Below, one piece after another: positions 1 through 12,697 of a DNA stretch of 64,000 nucleotides. This DNA is from the human T2T-CHM13v2.0 reference genome, Homo sapiens, in assembly GCF_009914755.1 (NCBI RefSeq), contig NC_060932.1; one strand, given 5' to 3'. The notes beneath the pieces were generated by a model, which worked only from the letters and a program-made list of their open reading frames with translations, had not been told where the DNA came from and did not search any database. The translations under genes and the position numbers were made by a program. How positions within the stretch are numbered: position 1 is the stretch's first letter; each line of letters starts with the position of its first letter.

Positions 1-1399
1 TCAGCTAAAGCCAGTCTTCGGATAAGGAGCTTGCAGATAGATTTTGCTGAGCTAATAAATGACTTTGAGTAGGACATGCCTTCTCAGTTTTAAATCCCTG
101 TCATATCCAGTTGTCTTGTATCAGACAGTGCCTCTAGTAGTTTCTCCTTTCCTTTATCTATGGGTATCAAACGACATTTGAATTTAGGATCTCTATTATA
201 GATCAGCACTCTCATTTCACAGAGGAAGAAAGTGAAGTATATCTTGATGATGTAGTTTGATGACTGGTGGAGTCCACCTCTGAACTCTGAGCCTTGGATG
301 ATATAATGGAATTCAGAACTCATACACATTGAAAAATGAGTTGACAAGAATTGAACTCAGAAGCTATTATTTTCATTCCAAAGCAAAAATCAGTGCATCC
401 AGGTGTCAGGCAGATTGGAGTGCAAGGATGATGGAAAAGTTATGGCCAGAAAAAGGAAGAACAAGCCAATGGGAAAGAAGAGCAAGACTTCATTTTTTTC
501 CTCTAGGACTAAACAGCTGCTGAGACATGGTAAATGTTTCCTTTCTGGAGCTAACTCTGAATTAACTAAAGGTGCCAAAAATATACATAAAAGGAAAAAC
601 ATGTAGACATTAAAACTGACTCTCTTTGCCCAAGTAAAACAGATGGCTGGAAAGAAGTCAAATAAGCTGTGTTGAAGACTGAATGGGTGGTCCCAGGAGA
701 GATGGAGACATTGTCTTATTGACTAGTGCAAGCTTTGGAAAATAATCAGCTATTAAAAAAAATTGATTCAGTTTGCTCTTCCCAGGAGGCTGTTATCAGA
801 CTGGCTGAATAAGGACCTAGGGAAAGAGATTGTCAGTGGAGCTAGTTACCAGAAAGAAAGCAAGGAGAATAAATAACAGGGCAATGAAAATGGAAAGAAG
901 AAACATATAATACCTTACATCAGGTATTATAGGTATATCAGGTATTCCTATTTGATAAGAGAAAGAGGAGAAAAATTTGTATTAATGGCCACACACCAAG
1001 TGTGAAAGAGAGAAAAGAAGAAATTGAATTTGCTCAGATCTTATAGTGTGCACATGAATACCATGCATTTTAAAGGTCTCAGTGGAAGGTAGGCTGGGAG
1101 AGAGAAATAATCTGTGAATGGAGAGGAATATTGATATTAAATAATTTGCAGCTGGGAGGAGAAGGAGGGTGAAGAGAATGAGAGCTAGCCTCTAGGACAA
1201 GGTGCTGAACAGGGATGGTTGGATAGTTAAGATATCAGGAATCCATATTAGTCAACTCAGGTAAAGAGATACAACTTGTACTTATCAATTAAAAAACTAA
1301 AATTAAAAAAGCGGGGTTCCAACTTCAAATGAGAACTGGATTTATCAGAAAGGACTGGGACAGCAACCTAGATACTGACACTTGCCCTAAACTACAGGG

Positions 1400-1870
1400 T
1401 TTAGAGCATAATTGCAAACTGGTGACCTCTGGTGAAAATTGGCTTACAGATATATTTCATTTGGAACCTAGGATTTTAAAAATATATGAATTATGGATTC
1501 TGAGTGGATTTTGACTGTTCTCACACAAAATTATAAGTGTGTGAGGTGATGCATATGTTAATTAGCTCGATTTGATCATTCCACAGTGTATCCAGATTTC
1601 AAAACAACATGTTGTACCCAATTAATATATACAATTTTTGCTTGTCAATTAAAATAAATAAATTTAAAATGTTTAGAAAAAGTTCAGTTTATAGAAGGAA
1701 TGTTCCTAATTGTTCCCAAGCAATGTTCCGAAGCAAGTTCTTCATTAAATTTTTTAAAGAGAAAATAAATGCATGAGTTATTTTGCCAACATTTTGGAAT
1801 CGGAAGATTTTTAAATATAAAAATCTGAACTTTTATTTAGAAATTAGAAAATCAAGCAACACCAGTCACA
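1400..1870 (-). mobile_element. Degraded hAT-Charlie-type element (MER103C-like), split by an L1MA fragment
   Basis: Motifs ATTGCAAACTGGTGACC...GGCTTACAGATATATTTCATTTGG and TTGCCAACATTTTGGAATCGGAAGATT resemble the recalled MER103C reverse complement; boundaries approximate. Confidence 0.4.
1498..1668 (+). mobile_element. L1MA 3' terminal fragment
   Basis: GTGAGGTGATGCATATGTTAATTAGCTCGATTTGATCATTCCACAGTGTAT...AAAACAACATGTTGTAC followed by an A-rich end, typical of the L1MA 3' UTR. Confidence 0.75.
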
Positions 1871-3093
1871 TGATTTGTGGGGCCCAATAAATAGCACCCC
1901 TGTTTTCCTCACTTGAGTTTACGAATAGACTAAAAAATTAGAGAAAAAAATGATTAAGGCCGGTGAAGATCAAAATATCTCATTTACTATGGACAAAGTC
2001 TAAGACAAAAGACATGGCTTAAATGAGCAGAAACAATGGGATTCTTAATACCAAATCCCAGAAATAGGCTTCTTCAGCCAGTCACAGGCAACACCAAACA
2101 ACTGCAGGCCTTCTTATGTGGCCTGATTCTGTAACACATACCGCATAGAGGAGCAGACAGGTAAATGCCAGAGAGAAAGAGCAAGAAAAAGGCTGGGATA
2201 TGAAGTCCAGGTCCTCCTCTTAACTTGAGAGGCCCGATCCTTCACTTATCTCTGGGTAGGAGTGGATGAGAGCATGGAGAGAGGCTAGTGTGTCCCTCTA
2301 TTTAAAGAAAAAGGAAAAGAGGTTTCCTCCCTACCCTTGATCTACATTCCCTCTGTGACAGTCACTCCTGGCTCTGCCGTCATTGAGTGCAAGTTCTCTT
2401 CACCACATCCAGTCCCCACTACTCATTATTACATTTTAGCCAGCATGCTTCTCTCACTTACATGACCTGCCTTGCCTCTCTAGTATTTGCTTGCACCGTT
2501 ATTATTGCCAGGTGTTGTAAAGGTGGCCATCACACCACACAGCAGGTTAGTGAAGCAAAGTGGTTCCAGCTTCAACTTCTTGTTGCTAATGGATCCAAGA
2601 GGTAGAGAATAGAGGCTGTTTGTGGCCTTCAGTACAGGCAGCTGAAATGGACTGAGCAGAGCAAGAGTATGTGAGAGTAACTACATTTCAAACTCAAAAC
2701 CCACCCATGTTAGAATAATTAACTTTGCTGGAAATGGGAGCTATAAGCATATTGGAGAAACATACAACTTTAAGCAAAACAGAATTGAGAAGAAGAAGGA
2801 GAAATAAATTGGAAGACTCAAAGGCTCATAGCCCTGTTTACTTGCCTCTGATTGCCCTTACCTCACTGCATTCCAGTGGTCTTCACATTTATCTCATCCA
2901 TGATTGCATTCCTTATGGCCTGCAAACAAAAGACACTCAATCAATTTTTATTAAACACACAAAAAGTCACGAAAAATGTCTTAAGGAAGAGGCTGTTTGG
3001 GGTAAGTACTAAAGACATGTCTTATCAGTCAGGAGGCTATTGTTGATATTGTACAGAGAGGGCAGAAGTACTCCCTTCAGAACATAGTAAGTT

Positions 3094-3155
3094 TTGAACA
3101 AGCTTCAATTCCTTTGAGAAAGCTTCAATTCCTTCGAGCAAGCTTCAATTCCTTC
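3094..3155. repeat. 20-bp tandem repeat, about 3 copies
   Basis: AGCTTCAATTCCTT recurs at 3101, 3121 and 3141. Confidence 0.9.
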
Positions 3156-3422
3156 ATAAAATTTTCCCTGATCTTTCTACAATCTAAGCCCAAAGAGCAT
3201 TGATCAAACCCTCATCTATCATCTATGACACCATTGTTGCTTACACCTTATGAATATTTATCATGTTGTAAAATGTACTATAATAGACTAAATGATGATT
3301 TAGATATTAGAAACAAACATACTCCTTTTTAAAAAATTTATGTTTAAGAGGAGGGAGATGAATAATACACAAACAGATGAGCATAGACAACATGGCAGGT
3401 TGTTACAAATGCATTAAGGCAG

Positions 3423-3769
3423 TGCTGTAGACTGAATGTATACTCTCGAAATTCATATGTTGAAAATCTTACCTCCAGTGTGTTGGTATTAGGAAGTGGG
3501 GCCATTGGGAGGTTATTAGTTCATAAGGGTAGAAACTTCATATGAGATTAGCGTTCCTATAAAAGGGAATCCAGAGAGCTTCCTTGTCCATTCCATGAGG
3601 AGACAGTGAAAAGACAGTCATCTGTGAACTAGGATGCAGGCCCCCATCAGACACTGAATTTGCCAATCCCTTGATTTCCCAGCCTCCGGAACTGTGGGAA
3701 ATCTATTTTTGTTCTTTATAAGTAACCCAGTGTATGGTTCTGTGATAGCATCTCAAACAGACTGAGAGA
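3423..3769 (+). mobile_element. MLT1A-like MaLR solo LTR
   Basis: Starts TGCTGTAGACTGAATG...ATTCATATGTTGAAA; ends CCCAGTGTATGGTTCTGTGATAGCA...GACTGAGA. Confidence 0.8.
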
Positions 3770-3865
3770 GGCAGCATAAAAGAAGATATCAGACAGAAAA
3801 ATAGTATTCTGACTTGCTCTGGATAACCTGTTGAATACAGGTGTTAGGAAAAAATGATTGGAAGC

Positions 3866-5975
3866 TGATATGGTTTGGCTCTGTCTCCCCACCCAAATCT
3901 CATCTTGAATTGTACTCCCATAATTCCCACATGTTGTGGGAGGGACCTGGTGGGAGATAATTGAATCATGGGGGCAGTTTCCCTCATACCATGGTTTGAT
4001 AAGGGGAAACTCTTTTTGCTTGGCTCTCATTCTCTCTCTTGCTGTCGCCATCTGAGACATGTCTTTCATCTTCTGCCATGATTGTGAGGCCTCCCCAGCC
4101 ATGTGGAACTCTAAGTCCAATAAACCTCTCTTTCTTTTGTAAATTGCCCAGTCTCAGGTATGTCTTTATCAGAAACATGAAAACAGACTAATCCAGTAAA
4201 TCGGTACCAGCAGAGTGGTGTGTTGCTGAAAAGATACCTGAAAATGTGGAAGTGACTTTGGAACTGGGTAAAGGCAGAGGTTGGAACAGTTTGGAAGGCT
4301 CAGAAGAAGACAGGGAAATGTAGGAAAGTTTGGAACTTCCTAGAGACTTGTTGAATGGCTTTGACCCAAAGCCTGATAGTGATATGGACAATAAGGTCCA
4401 GGTGGAGGTGGTCTCAGATGGAGATGTGGAACCTGTTGGGAACTGGAGCAAAGGTGACTCTTGTTATATTTTAGCAAAGAGACTGGTGGCAGTTTGCAAG
4501 TAATTTGTGGAACTTTGAATTTGAGAGAGATGATTTAGGGTATCTGGCAGAAGAAATTTCTAAGCAGCAAAGCATTCGAGAGGTGACTTGGTTGCTGTTA
4601 GAGGCATTCAGTTTTGTAAAGGAAGCAGAGCATAAAAGCCTGGAAAATTTGCAACCTGACAATGCAATAGAAAAGAAAATTCCATTGTCTGAGGAAAAAT
4701 TCAAGCTGGTGGCAGAAATTTGCATAAGTAACAAGGAGCTGAATGTTAAACCCCAAGACAATGGGGAAAATGTCCCCAGGGCATGTCAGAGGTCTTCACT
4801 GCAGCCCCTCCCATCACAGGCCGAGAGGCCTAGGAGAAATGGTTTCATGGGCTGGGCCCAGGGTCCCCGGGCTGTGTGCAGCCTAGAGACTTGGTGCCCT
4901 GTGTCCCAGCCACTCCAGTTGTGGCTGAAAGGGGCCATGGAGCCCAGGCCGTGGCCTCAGAGGTTGCAAGCCTCAAGTCTTGACAGCTTCCATGTGGTGT
5001 TGAGCCTGTGAGTGCACAGAAGTCAAGAACTGGAATTTGGGAACCTCCTTCTATATTTCAGAAGATATATGGAAACGCAGAAGGCCACCATCCTCCAGAC
5101 CCCAGAATGGTAGATCCACTGATGGCTTACACCTTTCACCTGGAAAAGTTGCAGACACTCAACATCAGCCTGTGAAAGCAGCTGGGAGGGAGGCTGTACC
5201 TTGCAAAGCCACAGGGGTGGAGCTGCCCAAGACCATGGGAACTTACATCAGTGTGACCTGGATATGAGACATGGAGTCAAAGGAAATCATTTTGGAACTT
5301 TAAGATTTAACTGCCCTGCTGGATTTCAGACTTGCCTGGGCCTGTAGCCCCTTTGTTTCAGCCAATTCCTCCCATCTGGATTGGCTGTATTTACCCAATG
5401 CCTGTACCCCCATTGTATCCACAAAGTAATTAACTTTCTTTTGGTTTTATAGGCTCATAGGTGGAGGGGACTTGCCTTGTGTCAGATGAAACTTTGGACT
5501 GTGGATTTTTGGGTTAATGCTGAAATGAGTTAAGACTTTGGGGGACTGTTGGGAAGCCATGATTGGTTTTGAAATGTGAGGACGTGAGATTTGGAAGGGG
5601 TCAGGGGTGGAATGTTATGGTCTGGCTCTGTGTCTGGACCCAAATCTCACCTTAAATTGTACTCCCATAATTGCCACATGTTGTGGGAGGGACTTGTTTG
5701 AGATAATTGAATCATGGAAGTGATTTCCCCCACACTATTCTCATGATAGTGAATAAGCCGCATGAGATCCGATGGTTTGATAAGGGGACACCCGTTTTGC
5801 TTGGCTCTCATTCTCTCTCTTGCTGCCGTCATGTGAGACATGCCTTTTACCTTCTGCCATGATTGTGACGCCTCCCCAACCATGTGGAAGTGTAAGTCCA
5901 ATAAACCTCTTTTCTTTTGTGAATTGCCCAGTCTCAGGCATGTCTTTATCAGCAGCATGAAAATGGACTAATACA
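3866..5975 (+). mobile_element. Complete THE1 (THE1B/C-like) MaLR provirus: 5' LTR 3866-4195, internal 4196-5612, 3' LTR 5613-5975
   Basis: Two homologous LTRs (TG(A/T)TATGG...CTAAT(C/A)CA); THE1-int start GTAAATCGGTACCAG; purine tract before the 3' LTR; perfect GAAGC TSD at 3861-3865 and 5976-5980. Confidence 0.95.
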
Positions 5976-5989
5976 GAAGCTGAGTAGGA

Positions 5990-6240
5990 AACTGTTACGA
6001 ACAATGATGGTGGCTTGGACCATGCAGATAGTAGTGGATATGGGTGAGAAATTGTTGAATTTTTTAATATGTATATTTTTTGATGAACATAAGATTTGCT
6101 GATGGTTTGAATATGGTTTATGAGAAGCAGAAGATGGTCAAGGATCCTAAGATATTTAGTCTGATTATATGATTGAGTGGAGTGCTCTATTACTAGGTGG
6201 ACAAAGAATGTGGCTGGAGTGAGTTTGGGTGAAAGGAAAT
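5990..6240 (-). mobile_element. Old L2 fragment
   Basis: GATGGTGGCTTGGACCA...AGATTTGCTGATGGTTTGAATATGG, a typical L2 antisense pattern. Confidence 0.5.
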
Positions 6241-7275
6241 ACTATTTTATCCATGAAATCTAGCACAGTATTTGACACAAAGGATATATTCATTTATTTT
6301 CTTAATGTTTGATGAATGAACAAATTACTTGAAAACATAAAATTTTTATTTCTTGTATTCCACAATAATATAAGTTCCAGTGGAGACATAGATTTTTCTT
6401 TGTTATCACTGAATCCTCAGCATCCAGAAAAAGCCAGGACAAAATGTTGAATGAACAGATTCTTGTTCTGTTCTTCCTACTGATACTTCTGGTCTCTGTA
6501 TCTGGTTCTGGTTAGTCTGGAGGAAATATAAAAGCAAATTAAAATGTATTTTTGGCATTTTTTTCTTGTCACTTAATTGAAGAAAATTTGCTTTGGAAAA
6601 AAAAATTGATATTTCTTCTCTCCACTTGATAGTTGTTAACACTGGCAAATGTAACAGTTTCATATATCAAAACCTCTCCCTGAACTCTTGATCATTACGT
6701 GTCTTTTTTTCCATTTTGCTAGAATTTCATTTAAAAAGTCACTAGAATGTCAGGGAATGCTTCCAGGCACTCAACTGTGTTCTTGCAGTTTAAAATAACA
6801 AATTGCTAGCTCTGTATTTAAATCTTATTATGATGCTAAACAAATGATTTATTGAACTGATTCTAATTTTCTGTAGTTTAAAAATCACTTTTAAGCATCC
6901 ATCTTTGTCCTGGACAGTTGCCAAAGCTAGCAAATGCATCTCAGCTGGGGAACAAGTTGCCACTTCTTCCTTCAGATCCTCTTTCACACAGGAGACCTGG
7001 CTCACGCATGGCCAGGACCTAAAAGTCAAACCTGTCCTTGAGTCTTCCTTTTGTTGTAAGGCCGATCTTACTAAATTGCCTTTTTCAGAACACACAAGCT
7101 GTGAAAATAAGTTTTGGAAATTGTAGTATACTCCCCCTGAGCGATTAGTAATGTATTTCAATTCCCTGTAGTTAAAAGAAATCAACTTTAAACCCAGAGC
7201 TTCCCCAAGTCATGTAACTACAGAATGCTTTCATAATGCAACATCATTAATAAATTCTGAGAAACAGATAGTCAT

Positions 7276-7359
7276 AAAATTCAGGTTTGTGAATGCCCTT
7301 CTAGAGACAAAATTCTGGTTTGTGAATGCCCTTCTAGACACTTAATGCCCTTCTAGAGA
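7276..7359. repeat. 33-bp tandem duplication plus a partial third copy
   Basis: AAAATTC(A/T)GGTTTGTGAATGCCCTTCTAGA(G/C)AC at 7276 and 7309, then AATGCCCTTCTAGAGA. Confidence 0.9.
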
Positions 7360-7632
7360 GCTGAGACTATAGAAGACCCTTCTTTCTCATTAGCTCAAGG
7401 TTTTGGAACTCCTTCATTTTATTCACTCTCCCCTGGGGAAAATGAGAACTCTAGATTCTCTTGTACTGAGAATTCTACCATCTACAAAATGGAATAGGGG
7501 GAAAGAAACATTGGTTTAAAAAATAGAAAGTTAAAATTTTTTCTTATTTCTGTCATTTGCTACTTATGTGATTTTGGGGCAAATGTTTTATATTATCTGA
7601 ACCTCGGTTTTCACATTTTAAAAACTGGGAAT

Positions 7633-7961
<329 letters not shown>

Positions 7962-8000
7962 CTATACCCTACTCACCACACATGAAAATTCAGTGTATAC

Positions 8001-9175
8001 CATATACAAAAATTAACTCAAGATGAATTAAAGACTTAAATGTAAAACCCCAAACTATAAAAACCCTGGAAGACAACCTAGGCAATACCATCCTGGACAC
8101 GGGAATGGGCAGAGATTTCATGACAAGGCACCAAAAACAATTGCAACTAAAGCAAAAATTGACAAGTGGGATCTAATTAAATTTTAGAGCTTCTACACAG
8201 CAAAAGAAACTATCAACAGAGTAAACAGACAACCTTCCAAATGGGAGAAAATATTTGCAAACTCTGCATCTGACAAAGGTCCAATATTCAGCATCTATTA
8301 AGAACTTAAACAAATTTACAAGAGAAAAACAAAGAACACCATTAAAAAGTGGGCAAAGAACATGAACAGACACTTTTCAGAAGAAGACATACATGCAGCC
8401 TACAAGCATATGAAAAAAAGCTCAATATCACTGATCATTAGAGAATGCAAATCAAAACCAAAATGAGATACTATCTCACATCAGTCAGAATGGCTATTAT
8501 TAAAAAGTCAAAAAATGACAGATGCTGGTGAGGTTGTATAGAAAAGGGAACATTTATACACTGATGGGAATGTAAATTAGTTCAGCCACTAGGGAAACAG
8601 TTTGGCACTTTCTTAAAGAACTCGAAGCAGAACTACCATTTGACCCAGCAACCTCATTATTGGGTATATATCTGAAGGAATATAAATCATTCTACAATAA
8701 AGACACATGCATGTGTATGTTCATTGCAACACTATTCACAATAGCAAAGACATGGAATCAACCTAATGCCCATAAATGACAGAATGGATAAAGAAAATGT
8801 GGTACACATACACCATGGAATACTATGCAGCCATGAAAAATAAGATTATGTCTTTTGTGGGAACATGGATGGAGATGGAGGCTATCATCCTCAGCAAACT
8901 AATGCGGGAACAGAAAACCAAATACCACATATTCTTACTTATAAGTGCAAGCTAAATAATGAGAACTTATGAATGCAAAGAAGGAAACAACAAATACTGG
9001 GGTCTAATGGAAGGTAGAGGATAGGAGAAAGGAGAGGAACAGAAAAGATAACTATTGGGTACTGGGATTAATACCTGGATGACAAAATTATCTGTATAAC
9101 AAACCCCCATGACATGAATTTACCTATGCAACAAACCTTCACATGTACTCCCAAACCTAAATTTAAAACATTAAA
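8001..9175 (+). mobile_element. 5'-truncated old primate L1 (about L1PA13-16): ORF2 C-terminus and 3' UTR
   Basis: Clear L1 3' sequence; TSD AAAATT(C/A)AGTGTATAC at 7985-8000 and 9176-9191. Confidence 0.9.
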
Positions 9176-9255
9176 AAAATTAAGTGTATACTAGAGAAAT
9201 CTATAAACTGCTAAAGATTAAACTCAATTATAAAATTTCCGGAAAGGTTTTCACT

Positions 9256-9520
9256 TGTTAAAAAAAATTATTTATGACACTTGTTAAAGGTGGTAAGGCA
9301 GATTTTATTCAAAGGGTGTAATGGCCATAGATGTAGGAACTTCTACAAAAGTGTCTTGCAATGGGAGAGACAGATTGGGCTCATTTCTGACTCCAACAAG
9401 AACAAGTGGAGATTGGTAACCAAGTTGCAGGGTGGAGGTCAATGGTAAGAAAATTTCTAAAATGAAACATCAAGTGCAAGTGGTTTGTGGCTAAACTTAC
9501 TTGATGCGATTATTGCAACA
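9256..9520 (-). mobile_element. ERV1-class LTR fragment (family uncertain, MER31/MER67-like)
   Basis: TGTTAAAAAAAATTATTTATGACACTTGTTAAAGG...GATTTTATTC resembles the reverse complement of an LTR 3' end. Confidence 0.45.
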
Positions 9521-9743
9521 TCAGGTTTCTGTTACACTCCATAAAGAATGTTCTAAACCAAACCCCACTCCCAAGCTAGATTACATGATTCCATGAAACT
9601 GTTTTTCCCCTTCTATCTAGTATTCAATTAAATATCTTTTATAATTTATTTTTCAATGTCTGTTTGTCTCTCTAGCCTTTACCTGTGTAAAGGTAGGTAT
9701 GTCCAGGGCATGGTATGTAATGGGTAGAAACTAAATAAAATAC

Positions 9744-10455
9744 TCAAAACTGTCTTTGCAAAAATTGTAACAGTGAGAGAATTATAGAAGTGGAAGAGAT
9801 CTCATCTAGCCCACCCCATCTTGCCTTTAACCTCCAAACTGCCCTTAATCATTCCTGGCCTTGTTCCAAGCTAACTTTGGGAGAAATTTAGTTTATAGTT
9901 TAAATAATAGCCCTTCCCTCAAACTAAAACACCTTTGTAAAGCTAACGAAAGACCACCAGGTTAGGAGAATGAGGGGACCTGAATTCTGCTAAGGTGTAG
10001 AAGTAATTACCAGCCATTATGCCAGAGGTCACAAGATTTGCAATTTCCCCAATTACTCCTGCAGATAACATCACTATTGCAGAATTTAAGATAGGCCTTT
10101 TGAGATGTCTTTTCAGGTTTTTGCATTTCTGACTACCAATGGCTCCACCCAGACCCACTAATTGGTCCTATCACCCTATCCAGAAGCAGACTCAGAGCAT
10201 GCAAAGGCCGATTTTCATACCCCTTTGATTGTATTCCCAACCAATCAGCGGCACCCATTCCCTAGCCTTCCACACTATACTTGAAAAACTCTAGCCTCTG
10301 AATTTTCAGGGAGGCTGATTTGAGTTATAATAAAATTCCAGTCTTTGGTTCAGCTGGCTCTGTGAGACTTAATATCTTTCTGTATTGCAATCCCCTGTCT
10401 TGATAAACTGGCTCTATCTGGGCAGCAGGCAAAATGAAACTATCAGGTCATTACA
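9744..10455 (+). mobile_element. LTR8-family (LTR8B-like) ERV1 solo LTR
   Basis: AAACTGTCTTTGCAAAAATTGTAACAGTGAGA...CCATCTTGCCTTTAACCTCCAAACTGCCCTT...CTAACTTTGGGAGAAATTTAG; AATAAA near 10329; ends ...TTACA. Confidence 0.8.
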
Positions 10456-10694
10456 TATGCATTGATTAAAAACAAAGGAAAACTTTGAGCACAATCTCTT
10501 GGCAACATCTATCATTCACATATTCCTTAATTATTTCTCATCCAGCTATCCTCTTCTGTGACAATATCCTGCCTAGTTTTACACACGTTATGTGTGGTTT
10601 TCTTTTGTTGTATTATGTGCAAGCTTGCAGCATCAGGCCTGGCACATGGGGGGTGCTCTATAATGATAGATTCAGTTTCTTTATTTTTAAATAA

Positions 10695-11513
10695 TGGTAA
10701 AAGATAAATTTAGCCACATTAAAATTTTCAAGAGTTTATTTGACTAGACAGCAATTCATGAATTGGGCAGTTCCAATTTGACCTCAGGTGGTTTGGGGCT
10801 CCACTGAAGAGGTGTGAGGGGAACATTTTTATAAGGTTTTCACAGAAGCAAGACAAAGAAAATGTGTGATTGGTTAAGGTAGGACAGTAGTTTTAAATCT
10901 CTAGTTACAAGTTATATTAGTCAGGGTTCTCCAGAGGGACAGAACTAATAGGATAGATGTATATATAAAGGGGAGTTTATTAAGGAGTATTGACTCACCT
11001 GATCACAAGGTCCCATAATAGGCTGTCTGCAAGCTGAGGAGCAAGGAAGCGAGTCTGAGCCCAAAAGCTGAAGAACTTGGAGTCCAATGTTCAAGGGCAG
11101 GAAGCATCCAGCACGGGAGAAAGATGTAGGCTGGGAGGCTAAGCCAGTCAAGTGTTTTCACGTTCTTCTGCCTGCTTTTATTCTGGCCATGCTGGCAGCT
11201 GATTAGATTGTGCCCACCCAGATTAAGGGTGGGTCTGCCTTCTGCAGTCCACTAACTCAAGTGTTAACCTCCTTTGGCAACACCCTCACAGACACACCCA
11301 GGAACAAACTTTGCATCCTTCAATCCAATCAAGTTTGACACTCAGTATTTACCATCAAAGAGGTTAATTGGCAGTTTCTGATTGGTTAAACTTAAGTTTT
11401 GTTTTCCTAGGCTATCACAATTCTTTCTGAGTTGGGTTTTGGTTTACTTATGTAGAAACTCAGGATGCTGGAGTACCTACAATCTAATGACCTCCCAATG
11501 AGTTATTTTAACA
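10695..11513 (-). mobile_element. ERV1 LTR (MER93-like), interrupted by MLT2A
   Basis: Ends ...CTAATGACCTCCCAATGAGTTATTTTAACA (reverse complement TGTTAAAATAA...GGGAGGTCATTAG); continues on both sides of the MLT2A. Confidence 0.5.
10913..11359 (-). mobile_element. MLT2A1/A2 (HERV-L) solo LTR
   Basis: TATTAGTCAGGGTTCTCCAGAGGGACAGAACTAATAGGA...CAATCCAATCAAGTTTGACACTCAGTATTTACCATCA. Confidence 0.9.
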
Positions 11514-12043
11514 ATTCTGATACACAGAATGTTTAGATCTTCTGGGATTTGAGTGCTGCTGAGTTATTTAAAGGTCCCTGAGTTTTTCCCAGGGAGGCAA
11601 AAGTAGCCTCCACAGTTGTAGCTGGATGTGGAGTCACAGACTTTGAGAGAAGATTCAATGACCAGGTCAGGAGATGTTCTCTTGTAAATTATAGGCAGCG
11701 TTGCTGACTTCTGTAGAGCTGTGAATGCCACAAGGCAGCTTAGAGATTCCTCTGGACATGGAACTAGGCAGCATGGCTTCAAAAGAGCTTTAGGCAAGGC
11801 AGTGAGTGACCCTTGGAAGGCCCCCTGACACAATTTGCTAACATAATTTATTTCAGCAGCAGGAGGTATGTGGGTACTCTTGAGATATCTATGCCAAAAT
11901 CTTACACATTGTTTGAAATAAAAGAAACTTTATGAGTCATTCAGTCCTGAGATTGCAAACTGGCAGCCTGTCAGCCTGTGGGCAAGGATTGGACACACAG
12001 AAGGGTTTTGTTTGTCCTTTATGGTATTTTAAGAATTGCTTAG

Positions 12044-12697
12044 GGCCGGGTGTGGTAGCTCATACCTGTAATCTCAGCACTTTGGGAGGTCAAAGCAGGA
12101 GGATCGCTTGAGCCCAGGAGTTTGAGACTAGCCTGGGCAAGATGGTGAGACCTCATTTCTACAAAAAATACAAAAAATAACTTGATGTGGTGGCAGGCAC
12201 ACCACTCAGGACACCAAGGTGGGAGGATCTTTTGAGCCCGGAAGATTGAGGCTGGAATGAGCCATGATCATGCCATTAACTCCAGCCTGGGTAATAGAAT
12301 GAGACCCTGTTGATATTGTTTGACTGACTCCCCACCCAGATCTCATCTTGAATTGTAGCTCCCATAATTCCCACATGTTGTGGGAAGGACCTGGTAGGAG
12401 GTAATTGAATTGGAGGGGGTGGGTCTTTTCCATGATGCTCTCATGTTAGTGAATAAGTCTCAACAGATCCAATGGTTTTATAAATGGGACTGCCCCTGCA
12501 CAAGCTCTTCTCGCCTGCTACCATGTAAGAATTCTCTTTGCTCTTCCTTTGTCTTCCACCATGATTGTGAGGCCTCCCCAGCAATGTGGAATTGTGAGTT
12601 CATTAAGCCTCTTTCCTTTATAAATTACCCAATCTTGGGTATGTCTTTATTAGCAGCATGAGAACAGAGTAATATACCTGTCTCAAAAAAGAAAAAT
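12044..12697 (+). mobile_element. AluJ split near its 3' end by a THE1B LTR
   Basis: GGATCGCTTGAGCCCAGGAG J-type diagnostics; GAGACCCTGT|LTR|CCTGTCTCAAAAAA. Confidence 0.9.
12311..12676 (+). mobile_element. THE1B solo LTR
   Basis: TGATATTGTTTG...GAGTAATATA; perfect CCTGT TSD at 12306-12310 and 12677-12681. Confidence 0.93.

Noticed and set aside
1701-1742. Repeated (T)GTTCC motifs as a heat-shock element array
   Set aside because: Direct degenerate repeats with irregular spacing, not the alternating nGAAn/nTTCn 5-bp phasing
3094-3155. Regularly spaced direct repeats as a CRISPR-like array
   Set aside because: Head-to-tail tandem units with no unique spacers, no cas genes and a eukaryotic context
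4505-5011. 168-aa ORF
   Set aside because: Degenerate THE1-internal reading frame with a non-ATG start and an upstream stop
6790-7185. 131-aa minus-strand ORF in unique sequence
   Set aside because: Non-ATG start, no recognisable domain and no splice support; within chance length for 64 kb
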